This document shows, piece by piece, positions 12,501 to 27,500 of a stretch of 64,000 bases of DNA. Source of the stretch: Trichoplax sp. H2 (taxonomy: Eukaryota); contig NOWV01000273.1 of the NCBI GenBank assembly GCA_003344405.1, forward strand, positions 1 to 64,000. Direction: 5' to 3'. The notes under the pieces were generated by a model, which was not told the origin of the DNA, did not search any database, and saw nothing but the letters and a program-made list of their open reading frames with translations. The translations under genes and the position numbers were made by a program. Position 1 is the first letter of the stretch, and each line of letters begins with the position of its first letter.

Positions 12501-15500
12501 AACCGTATTTATAGTTTGTTCATATTTTACTCATAGATGTTTACTTTTAAATGATCATAGTAATTCCATTTACCAGCAATGCAACAGAATTGCAAATGGC
12601 TTAGAAGATACTTTATTTACTTATTTTTGTTTAAATTTAAGTACATGTATAACAGTTCATTCACGGTGTTTGTCGTTTTTCAAAGCCGTTACTCTAACAT
12701 AACTTACTGCTTTAAATTATAAATTTTGTATGTGTAACGAAACTACAGTGTCTTCATGCTTCGTGAATATATGGCATTAGACGTTTGATTCGGTATATTC
12801 AGAAAGTAATCTTAAGTTTTCAACGTTTACACCGGATATACTTTAGCTATTCCAAGCTTTAAAAATCCCATAACCCCAAATTTGGTACCTATTAACCACA
12901 CAATGATCTTACAATGCCGTGGAAGTAGCCTACCACCTGTTACTGAAATATCTTGGTTAAGAAATAATACAATACTGACACAAAATAGATATTCTATTTC
13001 GCTTATACTTATTAATAATGGAACTGAATTTATTGGTCAGTTGAAATTAAATTCATCGATAGGAGAAGATGCTGGTAATTACTTATGTAATATTAGCAAT
13101 GGCTATATTTCCTCTACATCTCCAGAGATCACAGTGATGATTCAAGGTATTTAATGCACTTGTGATTATATCTTAATACTACTGTAGGAACATCTATTTT
13201 ACACAAAGGTGCTACTAACATTATGCGTATTCTAATTTATCATTTATATACTAATCGTATTTGGGTAGAATCGCCATGGTCTATACGACAACCACATATA
13301 TCGAACGTAACAGCTACAAATATGACAGTGTCATGGTTACCGCCTGCATTTGATGGATTTTCTCCAATAACAAACTATACAGTTCGACTTTATAATCATT
13401 TAAACATAACATTAAACAGTACTTGCTTGTCAAGTTTAAGCAATAATGACTGCATAATTACTAGTACCGGCACCTTAACAATTTTTTACCATCTTGCACC
13501 ATATACTACTTATTTCTTGCAAATATGGGCTAGAAATGCCATTGGAGCTAGCGGAAAAGAAGTTTTATCAGTCAGGACAGATGAATCAGGTAATTGTGTT
13601 TAATGAGGCGCTGGAATTATTTTGAACGGATTATTAAGCAATAAGATGTAATGATAAACCGAAATTTAAAATCATTTATACGTGAGTTGGCGCATATTAT
13701 GTGATTAGCTGATATGGATCTTTTTATATATAATTTTAAAAGCTGCTTATATTATTCCATAGCTCCTGCAAGCTCTGTTAGAAATCCGTATGCTCTAGGC
13801 TATAATTCCACGTCTATTAAAATAGTGTGGCAACCGCCAAACATTCAAAATGGTATTCTTGCCTATCGTGTGTATCAATGGATTTCTAATTCTTCAACAA
13901 ATGGGACAATCGATAACTCGACCTTAATATACGATGGACTTGAAACGGAAATTTACTCGATAAACCTACATGAATCTCATACTTACTTCTACCAAATCAT
14001 ACCATATAACATAAAGTATGGCTATAACGGTATAGCTAGTGACATTATTAATGCTACAAGCCATGAAGACGGTAACTCGATAATCCATCTATTCTAACTA
14101 TATTAATACAATTAGTTATCCCTTTTCTGCAGGAAATCGTTATGCCTAGACATATTTTTAATTCGTTATTGTGGTGAATAATCTTAACTAACAAAAATAA
14201 AGTGTAATAAATTTTAACATTAAAGATTACGCCTCTTTAGAATATAGCAGATTATATATAAATTTAATTAGTAACTTAAAATTAACCGCTACCGTGCGTA
14301 TTTATGTTTTAATATTTTTGTTTGAAAATTAAAAGCTCCGAGCTCATATCCACAAATGATCAGTGCCATTGCCTCGTCACCTGTAACAGCCGACATAACT
14401 TGGCAGCCACCCCCGATTCTCGATCGCAACGGTGTTATAATCATGTATAATATAAGCTATGATTCAACTCAATGGAACGAAAACGGCATTTTACAAGTTG
14501 ATGGCTCAATCACAACCGTGACTTTGCAGAACTTAATTCCGTTTACTACGTATAATGTTGCTCTTAGAGCTGCTACTATCGCAGGATTTGGGCCTGCAAG
14601 CCCTACTATTTCTTTTATAACTCAGCAATCAGGTTAGACCATTTGTTGTCATTAAAGAAGTGTTAGTATCAACTTTATCGTAATGTCATTGTTACCTTAA
14701 AATATTACCATTCTGAATATGTTTCATTACAGAGCCTAGCTCTTATCCACCCAATCTCAATGTAACCGCATGGACAGCCAATTCGATCTATGTTTCATGG
14801 CAGCCAATAATGCTACTTTACCGTAATGGTATTATAATCGCATACAATATTAGCTATAATTCTCTGCGATGGAATCATAGGGGTGTACTTCAAGTCAATG
14901 GTTCAACATTCTCAGCAGTATTACATAATCTGTTGCCCTATAGTGCATATAATGTGACAGTAAGTGCTGCTACTGTAGCTGGATTTGGACCGTATAGTCT
15001 GGAAATATCAGCTACAACTTATCAAGCAGGTAAAATGAAAGCAGCGAGTACATATATATTTGCATATATAGAGATTTTATGATTTTTGGTGGTTGTTATA
15101 CATACTGATATGTATTGTAACTAAATATCAATAGTACACGCTTGGCTACGGCTATACATACTCAAAATCTATAGTATTACGTTATTATTTGCAAACAGTA
15201 TTTACTGTAATATGCCGACTACTAAAGTATTATATAATGGAAAGTTTTTATTAAATTAATAAAATGTAACTCTGTGTTTATTAATTGTAGCTCCAAGTTC
15301 TTATCCACGAAATATCACTGTTATCGCATTGTCATCTACGTCCATTTATATTACATGGCAATCACTTAGATTTGTTGATCGCAACGGTATAATTACTTTC
15401 TATACCATATGTTACAATTCGACTCAATGGAATGATAATGGCGTTGTACAAGTTGGCAGTTCAACTACAAACGTTACTGTTGGAAATTTAATTCCGTTTA

Positions 15501-18500
15501 CTACGTATAATGTTACTCTTAAAGCTGCAACTGTTATTGGGTTTGGACCTGAGAGCCCAGTAACATCGTCTACAACTTATCAATCAGGTTAGACTCTTAA
15601 TGTAATCAATTAAGAGAATTTTAAAGTACAGTATAATGAAATATCTTTTAGTTGATGTTATTAAAGCTTATTACCATTTATATGCATAATGGTTATTTTA
15701 GCGCCGAGTTCTTATCCGCTCAATCTCAACGCAACTGCTTTGACGGCAAATTCCATCAACATATCATGGCAGCCAGTAATATTATTTAATCGCAATGGTG
15801 TTATTATAACCTATAATGTTAGTTATAATTCCTTACAATGGAATCACACAGGCATAATTCAAGTTAATGGAACAACCTTTAATACGATATTGTATGATTT
15901 AATACCTTATACCATATATAATGTGACAATCAATGCAGCGACAGCCGCTGGATTTGGACCGAATAGCCCATATACATCGACTATCACTTATCAAACCGGT
16001 AAACATTAAGTACTTCTAAAACCTTTGCCTCAATATCAAAAGAAACTTAGTAAAGCTGTTTATAAATTATTTTATTAGTAGATTTGTCGCTAAAAATTAA
16101 TTAATTATCGACTAATGATTGGGACTTAGAATTTAAGCTGTATAATTTCATCTCAGAATATAATTAAAATAACCTCTATCAATTGTTCAATTCTTCAGTA
16201 AAAATAGTGTTTGCTTATCTGTAATATTAACTATTATTCAGTATCGACGATTTAAAATACGCTAAACTTATAAGAATTGTTTGCATAAAACATAACTAAT
16301 AATTTATTTGATTGGTTTATAAATTGTAGCACCCAGTTCGTATCCTCAAAACATTAACTTTACTGCTGTATCGCCAACTTCGATTTATGTGGCATGGCAA
16401 CCGCTCAGAGTTTTTGATTGCAATGGCATTATAAATTCCTATAGCATAAATTATAATTCAACTAAATGGAATGATCATGCCACCATATACGTGGACAGTT
16501 CGATTATGAATATTACTATAAGAAATTTAATTCCGTTTACTAACTACAATGCTGTTCTCAAAGCTGCAACTATCGCAGGATACGGGCCTGCAAGTTCAAT
16601 AGAATCAGCTACGACATATCAAACAGGTAAAATATATCAAAACAAATCAAAAATTACTATACGAGCTAGAATACTACAGTACAAATAATTATTCTTAAAT
16701 CGTATCTATAGTCATAAGATTATCAACATTAATTTATGTGTTTTCAGTACCTAGTTCCTATCCTCCTAATCTCAATACAACGACACTAACCGCTAATTCG
16801 ATCAAGGTTTCATGGCATCCATTAATGCTGCACAATCAGAATGGCATTATTTTAACATATAATATTAGCTACAAATCCTTGCAGTGGAACCATACCGGTT
16901 CAATTCAAGTCAGTGATTCCGATTTATCAACAATAATACTGGAACTAATACCTTATACTACTTATAATGTAAGTGTAAAAGCGGCTACTATTGCAGGATT
17001 TGGGCCAAATAGTCCTGATGTATCGGTTGTGACCTATGAAGCGGGTAAGAATTAAATGTTTCATTTAATACTATGGCCTTTGATATCAGTACGTAAATCA
17101 AGGAAACTCAATTCTTGATATCGTTCGTAACTATGATAGATTTGATATTACAATTTGAATATAGAGTTACAAACAATGTTAAGGTAGCCATCGCATTTTA
17201 AAAATTTCGTACAATGGCCATATTAGATTGATATTATTTTAAAGTAATCTGAGTTCCCATTCAAGCTGTGTTTCTATAGGATGGCTTTTATTAATAAACT
17301 ATTAGCAGTGCGTTATAACGCAGATTTTATCAGATACCGTACTTAAATAACTAAGTTTCCCTTTACTAAATACCACTGTTTATATATTATTCGAATAACT
17401 TAAACGGTTATGTTTTGAATTAGATCACAAAGTTGAGTTTATTAATAAATTATACCATTTGTTACAGCACCACGCTCGTACCCACCCGATTTTACCATTT
17501 CGAATTTGTCGTCTACATCTATAAGTGTCAAATGGAAGCCATTATCTCCATTCGACAGAAATGGCATCATTACAGAATATAAAGTGGTTTATAATGCTAC
17601 ATCACGTCAAACTGATGGAGTTATTCGCGTTAATGATTTAATAACATCTGTAGTTATTCCAAGTTTGACACCGTATACAACGTATAAAATCACTGTATAC
17701 GCAGCTACAGCAATTGGATTTGGGCCAGGCAGTCCGTATGTAGTTGGAACCACGTTACAGTCAGGTAAAGATAAAGCATTAAAAGATTGTATAATAAAGC
17801 GAAAATAAGTAAAACAAATAGCATTACCAATGTCAAGCAATTTAGTTTATCTTGATCACGAAAGGAGATAAGTAGATATCATAAAACAATATTATACCGT
17901 GGAATAAATAAGACAGTAAAATAAAGAATGCAATAGAATAAGACGTTTAAATATTCACTTATCTATCACGAAATGAGATAAATGGATGACGGATCAATAG
18001 AGTTGCATGTATAGCTAGAATTTCAGCAAAAATCTACAATGCCATTTCTAGTGATTGTACCGTAGTTATAGAACCAAGTTTTCGATTATGCATATTATTC
18101 CTTAGACAGCAGTGATAAATATTTTCATAATTATGTATCTTATGTTACCAACAAGTTCTTTACTATTTAATTAGTTCCAAGATCATATCCACAAAATGAT
18201 AACACCATTTCGATATCGCCAACATCAATATACATTTCATGGCAACCACTTTCACCATACGATCGTAACGGAATCATTACCTCATATAGCATATACTTTA
18301 ATTCTACTCGATGGGATGATCATGGTTACCTGCAATTTAATAATTCAGTAACTTCAGCAACGCTGCAAAATTTGATTCCGTATACGACATATAAGATTAC
18401 CTTTAGAGCTAGCACAATCATTGGTTTTGGACCTAAGAGTCCTCCTTTGGTATCGACAACACATCAAGCAGGTTTGATTAATTATGCATATATATAATTA

Positions 18501-21500
18501 TTTACAGAATTGATTCAAAAATTTTAGGGTATTAAAATTATAATTTTTCTAAATACACTCATAGCTTATGCGGTTTTATATATTTAAAGTATAGATATCA
18601 TAAAATTTAGTTTCATAGATAACTTATAAATTTACTTTTCGATAATGATATCAAACAGTGCCTAGATCATATCCACCAAGTTTGAATTCATCAGCAATAT
18701 CAGCTGCAGAAATAAACATTTCATGGCAGCCATTACCCTTATTTGACCGAAACGGAGTTATAATCATGTATCAGCTTTACTATAATTCTACGCAGTGGAG
18801 TGATAGTGGTGTAGTTCACATCAATTCGTCACTTACTACCGCGATATTGAATGGCTTAATTCCTTATACCAAATACATAATCAGCATCAAAGCAGCAACA
18901 ATAGCTGGCTTTGGGACAGCAAGTCCGTCTACTTCATCTACAACACATCAATCAGGTTTGATCCATTCTAGCAAATACAATAAAGTTTTACGTATTATAA
19001 TTAGAAACTGTTCTGGCTTCTATAATAATTAATTATTTTGTTAAATGTCTGATTTTCTAACGGATGCTTTCTATTAATTCTAATTTTGGGAATATACTAC
19101 TGTACTCTAATTGAATTATAGTACCCAGATCCTATCCACAAAATATAATTTCACGAATAATTTCTGCGACTGTCATTGAACTTTCATGGCAACCACTAGC
19201 GCTTTTCAATCGCAATGGCGTAATCGTATCATATATGGTATATTACAATTCGACACAGTGGAATACAAATAAAGATTTCATGGTTAATAATTCCACGACT
19301 ACGGTAAAATTAACTCATTTAAGTCCATTTACGTCATATAATATCGGTATAAAAGCAGCAACAGCGATCGGCTTTGGCCCTGAAAGTCCTACACTATCGT
19401 CAACGACTTATCAAGCAGGTTTAAACTAAACTGATTTTAGCATGAAATATGATAGTCTTAATAAAATCATTAATCATTTCTAATTAGCTAAAGTAAATGA
19501 TTCCTGTCATGTTATAGCACCTCAATCCTACCCTCAGAATGTGAAAAGTTTAGCTGTATCTGCCTCATCTATTACCCTTTCCTGGCAGCCAGTTTTACTA
19601 AGTGATCGTAATGGCATTATTATTGCTTATAAGATTAGCTATAATTCTTCCCGGTGGAACGATTACGGCAACATTACAGTCAATGCTACAACAACATCAA
19701 AATTACTAATGAATTTATCACCGTTTACTGTTTACAATATTACCATGAAAGCGGCAACAATTATCGGATTAGGGCCAGAAAGTCCAGTCATATCTGTGAT
19801 AACACGCCAAGCAGGTGATGATAACGATGTCATTATAACCTATCCTTGTATTATATGATATGCCATGCTTATACTTGTGATCTATTTCTAAGTACTAAGT
19901 ATAATCATTTTACAAATTATCACTAAATATAGCACCTAGTGAAAGCCCTATGGTGCAATTAATTTCACTTGTTAGTAATAACAGTGTTAATATCCGATGG
20001 CAAGTACGTCAGCATTGTATAAGATGATTTAAGTAAATCCTATTTTGTACAGTACGATGTTTCTCGATCTATTTGTAATGCTATTTCATTACTTGCAATT
20101 AAGGTCATCTCTGAAAGATTTAGCAATGGAGTTATACTCGGTTATCACTTCATTCTTGATAATGCTAACAATAAATTTGTTAGCAATCTAACAGTCTACG
20201 AAAATCAGACGTTCTTGCTTGGTAACTCTAGAAATTATACCGTTTTCAACATGAAGTATTTTTCAAAATATAAGATATCCATACAAGCTTTTACAATAGC
20301 TGGTGTAAGTCCACGAAGTAACGAATATATCATCAATACTTTAGAATCAGGTATGTTTTAATCCATATTGTACTGTCTTTTAAATTACCTTGGTGTTATT
20401 CGTAATTTAAGTAATATAAATAACACACAATGTTACTAGAAAGCTTTATTTTCTACAAAATCGAGCTGAAGTCATTTTATTAGATCATAAATATACTACC
20501 GTATTCCGCGTAAATAATTCCTTGACATAATTCTACAGTACCTAGCGCCACACCAGTAGATATAAGAATATTACCTACCGCTCAGGGTGCCACCTCAGCT
20601 ATGGTTGTATGGAATGTACCTCCTATAAATGATCATAACGGCATCATTACCGGATATCGAATTAAATATAACCTATTAAAACAACCGATTGTTGACAATA
20701 TCATAATTGTTGGTAATATTACTCAGCATACATTGCAGTATTTACAACCTCAACAAAATTACTCCATACAATTGGCAGCATCGACTTCAGTTGGTTTCGG
20801 ACCTTATAGTAGATCGATTATATATGAAACACATAATGCTGGTAATAAGTTTACGTTGCAGCTATTCGCTAACTATCTCATGTGTCACTAATTACTGCAA
20901 TGATAAAATGATCTGTATTAATATGATGATCTTTTGATATTGCAGTTGCACCTAACGTCACCCAATCACCTCAGAGTATTTCTATTAAAGCTGGAGCTAC
21001 TTTAACTCTAGAATGTACAGCAACAGGTGATCCTATTCCGAGTGTTAAATGGATGAAAGATGGCGAACTTACTAGTTCGGCATATAACATGTTAATTAGT
21101 CCTGGCTATGGGAAATTAATTATCATAGATGTTAATACTGGAGATAATGGATCGCATTGGTGTCAGTTTACGAACGTTATAGGGTCCATATCATCAGCTA
21201 TGGCAGTTATATCTGTTAAAGGTTAGATTTTTGATATGATATGACGCTAATGATACACAGATAATAATTAATTATACGTGCTTGCATACTATAGAAGGCT
21301 TGACTAATAAATATTTTTAAAGATAAAAATACGACAGATTTTTGTTTGGGTGAAGTAACAAATGATATGCGATGGCCAAAAACATATCGTGGAAAAACGG
21401 CATTAGTTTCTTGTCCTTCTTCAATTCAGGGTAATCTAAATAGACAACTATCTGGGCCATTAATATCTTTAAGCCTATCTCACATCTAACTCTACTGTCG

Positions 21501-24500
21501 AATTAAACTTAGATATTAAAGATAGATACCTATACGGTCATAAGTTAACAGAAAAGTATATTATTTACTTTGATAAGAAATTGACCGTCATATCTTTGTG
21601 GGATAGGTAATGCTTCACGTTTATGCAGTATTAGAAGCGGTAGCTTGCCAATTTGGGAATCAATCGACACTACAGGATGTAAATCACCAACTTTTGCTGC
21701 CATGACTAGTTTGGTAATAACCAATGAAAAAGCTACAATTTTAAACACATAGACTAGCGGCTAAGTTACGGCTTTATATTTGCAAGTATACATTTAGTAG
21801 AGTAGAAACTATAGTAATTACAATAATACTGTAAAGTATTAGTCTAAAATTCTTTTAAAAGCTGTAAACATACTATAATTTTGTAATTGTTCTCTAGGCT
21901 AACAGATTGAACATAAGTGGACCAAGCGTTTCAGATGAGGTCATAAATGAGTTGGATACTGCTACGGCAAACAAAACGTTGTATGGAGGCGATATTGTCC
22001 AAACACTAGAAATAATGACTAAAATTAATCAGGTTTCGAAAATAGTGAACACCACCACACTTACTGTAAGTTCATAAGTACGATGCTTTACGTTTATCAT
22101 AATTTAGCTAAATCCTTGTAGGCCATAATTACAATTACTAAGATCATTTGTTTCTTTAAATTGGTGCTATTAGCGTTATGTTCATAATTCATATCTTATA
22201 CTATATAGAAATTCATGAAGGTACAAAGCAATCTTCTAAACTTACGAAATAAATTAGCATGGAAATATGAAAACAAGGTAGGCATGACTAGAAATAAATT
22301 ATGGTTTAAATACTTGTAGAAAATTTTTATTTTAAAGCATTAGCTTTTATTTATGTATTGCTATACAGTATTCGTGCTTTATACAGATATAGCAATCAAA
22401 TAGCATTAAAGCAATATATTCATTGTTTACAGTTTTGTCGAGATGCAAGTAACAATAAAATTCCAATCATGGACACTTTAGAAGATTTTGCAAGCAAATT
22501 AAATAGCATTCCAGACAATGAAACATTTACTACTACAAACGATAATATAGGTAATATACTCTTTCATATATTACCGACATTAAATGTTTTATTTTATAAA
22601 GAAGTTACAATCTATGAAATAGTTGATTAAAGAGTAAATTTGACAATATCTAAGCCAAATTATTTACTCTTCAGCGATCATTGTCAGGAATTTGAGTTTT
22701 TCTGCTGAAAGCGTAGGCAATCTTACCTATGTTGACGATGCCCATTTAGCAACTAACATTGAAATGAATATTCCAGGCCTAGCCGTTCAACATGATCAGT
22801 GTACGTAGATGTAATATTTAATACAAGTAGGAATCGTAAATTGTTTTAGTAATATCCGAGTCTTATTACTACTTATGTACCAATTTTATAGTTCAAAAAC
22901 TGGTGGTGGTAATATATAAAACTCTTGATGAAGTTATCCCATCAACCATGGAAGTTAATCGGTAATATATTAATAAATTGTCAAAATCTGAAGCATTACC
23001 GGTATTTTAATGAGCGGTCAACGTTGACATGACGTTTATACGAATATTATTTCGATTCAAGTGCTATCAGACTACAGTTCTACATCCATATGTTACCAGT
23101 ATATCTAATTTTATCGTTTTTAACGACATATCGTTGATAAATGGAACCAGTACTGGCACACACTCCGTTAATTCCCATATTATCTCTACCTCAATGTATC
23201 CAAAGATAAACAAAAATTTATATCAGCCGTTGAAGATTACCTTTATTAACAAAAATGTAGGTTTACTGATTATACTATTGTTAAACTTGGATGTGCTGCA
23301 ATAATTTGCCAATACCGAAATTTAAATCATTGTAGTATGTATTAAAGTCTTACTGAAATAGAAACCGTAATTTTGTTCTCTGTATAATGATAAAGCCCAA
23401 ATTATACATTACTTCATTTGAAGTAACCGCTATTTAATTTTTGATTCCAGTCGACATTATTAAGTAGCCAATCCAGTCAGCGACATTGTACATATTGGCA
23501 ACCTCAATCCGGGTAAGTTTTCAACGATTAATATTTTTGCGCCCAGTATTATTTATTCATTCTAACTACAGATAGGTTCATGATTTTCAAATTAATAAGT
23601 AAATTAAGGTGCTAAAGCGGCATAGTTGCGATGCAAATTAATTTTAAATCTCAAAATAAGTAAAAATTTTTCGCTATGTATGCTTGATTATTAATTGCAA
23701 TTTGCCTCTTTTAAGAAAGGATTTCAATGGAACGATAATACGTATTAATCAACTTACATTATTATTATTGTTAACAATAGTCATAGCGTCACTTTGAGGC
23801 ATAGAAACGAACTAATCATGATTAACTAGCCAATAATAGGTAGTTATTGATGCAAATATTTCTAATTATCGAAATTTAATTAACATTACAGTTACTGCAT
23901 GTGGGAAACAACAGGGTGCTGGATGGGTTTAGAATCCAATTTAACTCATACCGTCTGCTATTGCAATCATACGACTACTTTTGCGACTATCCTGTCTAAT
24001 GTCCCTGTGAGTCCTTATATTAACATAAATGTCTTCATATTTTTATTACATATAAGTTTATGTCTTGAAAAGCTTTTAAAGCTGTATAGCAGTTTACCTA
24101 ATGAACTACTATGATTAACAACAAAATTATATTGTAGAATTTATGTTTCATTACGTAAATAAAGTTCGACATGATATTTAGTGGTACTTTTATAATCAGA
24201 TATCCTTATATTCAACTACTAAATTACTTATGAATTGAAATTGATTCATATAAGATGCAAAATAATTGCTTAAAATTTCACTATTAAACTAAGGTAAAAT
24301 AATCTCGAACTGAATTACTATGCAATTGATAGTAAACTACTGTAAATGCCAATCTAATTAATTAAATACGGTATTGTTTGTAATTTAAATGTAGATTACT
24401 AAAATTAAATTGGAAACTACAACTTACATTGGCTGTGGCTTATCTAGCTTCTTTCTAGTATTGACCATCGCAATTCATGTTATTTATTGGAGGTATGTGA

Positions 24501-27500
24501 GTATTACTAAATCGAATATTTTACAATGGCTAAAATTATCATACGACTGCCATTTTCACCACTTTTATGTTATAACTAGTCATAGTTATATGAAATATTG
24601 TATTTGAGTTATACAAAGAATTTTAAGCGATGTTAAGTATCGTTCTTCTAATGCTGTAATTACTATATTTTAATTAAATTATCCAGAGAAAAAAACTTAT
24701 GGTTAGAGCGAATACTTCAGCTAGAAGCTAATTTTTCAAAATAAATGTTCATTTCTTTTATTCAATTAGGCAAACACATCAAATATTTAGCAGTATCAAC
24801 CTCAATATATTCATTTGTTTGCTCATTGCTAATCTTATTATCATCTTCGGATTAACGCGAACTGAATCGAAGGTTTGATATCACGTAACTAGGAATAAAA
24901 TCTCTTAACTGCTATTCTATTCAATACGTATGTATTTCATAATTAGTGGATTAAATCTCTTATATTACCAATCTTATACTCTATTTTACAATATATTTCA
25001 GTTACAATGTGTAATATTAGCCACCGTATTACACTATGTACTTTTGGCATCTTTTGCTTGGATGCTGTGTCAAACTTTCTACTTGTTTAAATCTGCAAGT
25101 AGAGCGTCAAATACAAATAAAGCCTGCAAATATTTCATATTATGTACCTTTGGTAAGTAGTATCTATATACAAATATACCATGCTAATTTTTTAATGTAA
25201 ACTGATTACTATATTAACGTTAAGAGAAGAAAAAATCTCAAAAATAATTTATTATTAATTTTTTACTATGGCCAGTGCATATGTATAATGAACTATAAAT
25301 ATTCGTTTTGGTTATATTTTAGTTTTAGCGATCGCTATTGCGGTTGTAACCGCTGCTGTTACAATCAATATAGCAGGAATTGATAATTACATACAAGATA
25401 ATTCGTAAGTTAAATTGCACATCGGTGCAAATAATGACATTGACGTATGTATTAGTTTCATTAGCTCTGCTTGTAGTTACTCTTACGTAATGTTAAGGGC
25501 TTAAATTCTTAATGGTTGACTAAGATTCATATTAATTAACTGTATTTTGTTTGACAATATCTATGACGATCAACAATTTATAGGTGCTGGCTGAGAACTA
25601 ATCCACCAATAATTTTGATATTCGTTATTTCTATAATGCTCATGATACTGGTAAGGATTAATTATGTTATAATGTAAGATCTTAATATAATTTCTTCATA
25701 AATATATGTGTAATATCTTATATTATTATACAGTATCGTATTCTATGCGACGCATTATCACACATTTCGTATCTGTTCATGATATGTTGACAATTTAGGA
25801 TTCTATACATATGAGCTTAATGTTTTAAATTACTGTATTGCAGATGTAGATTAGAATAGTGAATCTGTTCATACCATTAGTACTTAAGCACTAGTGATTG
25901 TAATCACTACCATGTCAATCAATTGATTATTTCACTGTTTAGTACAGTTGAAATGAAATTCCATATATGCTGCAATGTAGAAATTGATGTAATTATAATT
26001 ATTACATCAAAACGAATCTGCCATGATTTCTTCTAGACGCAATTTAGTGTATTTTGTAAATCTAACCTAGAGACTTATTCTGCGAAATATGAAATATACA
26101 GGGTGCTGCGATCACAATTTCGTTTGGGTATAAGAATTCAAGGAAACTGAGCATTATGAACAACTTTTTCCATGAGGATGAATATCATATCATTAAGAAG
26201 TATATGTTATGAAGTTGAAACTTAGCATATTATTAATACTCTACTTTGCCGAAAGACTATAATTAAAACTAATTTCAAAATTATAGACTATATTTGCCTG
26301 AAGCAACCGTTCTTCTGCTAATGCTTGCTATTTGCTGGACACTATTTGTGCTATTTATTGCCTTCAACAATACAATATTGCAGCATATTTTTGCAGCAGT
26401 GTGCGTTATAAAGGTATGGAAATTCTGTATTATCAATAGCTTGTAAAAAAAGTAGCTATCCACATCTTCCGATACAAGAGCAGTTTTGCTGTTAAATAAA
26501 TTAAAGATCGATTTATTTATTACAGTACGAAAATATGGAAATTTTTTTATTTCACCTAGGCATAATTAATATAAATGTAATTTTTTGATGAAATTGCTAA
26601 AAATAGAAATGTACATTGGTTATGACTTAATAATACTCACATACTTCATAAACGTTATATCTCACTAGGGACTTTATGTATTTACATTCTACGGATGCAT
26701 AAATATAATTTACCACGGTCTAAAAACGGTAAATGATCCTCTTATCAGCTTAGTAAATCACTGCAGTTTGTATTGTCTGAAGCTTACGGAAAATCTCATA
26801 ACTAAGGATATAATTGCACTAATACCTGTAGAATTTCTGTAAATAATTAATTTTAATATCTATTTTATAATATTTTACTAGATGTTTTTGTCAATATTGC
26901 GTTAAGCATTTTAATTTAAAAAAATCAACAGTAAATAACTTCAAAAAATAGAACATCGAAGATGAATTAATACATTTTATGTCATGGCGATAAAATAGGG
27001 AGAAATAAATTGGTGCAAGTCTAGATTACCATACCTTAAGAATGAGAATTCTACAACTCCAAATTTCGAAAGTAAGTACATTTTAGCAAAATTTTTTGTT
27101 AATGAGTAGCAGCATTTTAATTACTTTATATTTTACCTTATGTATCTGCTGTATACTAACAGTTTTATCGAAATAAGCATTTACAATTTATACTAAGCTA
27201 ACTTGCTAAGTTATTTTCAAAATATATTTTAAAGTTACATGTCATGTCTGCATAAGCTACGAGCATTATAATTATACATAGACACTAACCGGTAGTTTCG
27301 ATAACTTTAAATTCGAACGATTGTCATTTACTAAGGATCCTTATAGATTAACTGATAGCAATACTATATAGACAAACAGTATTAAGAATTTAATCTTATC
27401 TCTATATGCACACTGCACAGTGCCCAGTATAATCATAAGTGCTTTATTTTCTATTAAAAGCTTCTAAAAAAGAAGATAAAGCTTCTTCTAGCAGTGATCA

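Noticed and set aside
8444..25160. Treating the many short plus-strand ORFs as separate genes
   Set aside because: They are exons of one gene, with GT/AG boundaries and compatible phases; the listed starts and stops mostly lie in introns.
26037..26150. Alternative TM5 exon using the acceptor before 26037
   Set aside because: Runs into an in-frame TGA; the acceptor before 26102 keeps the frame through TM6 and TM7.
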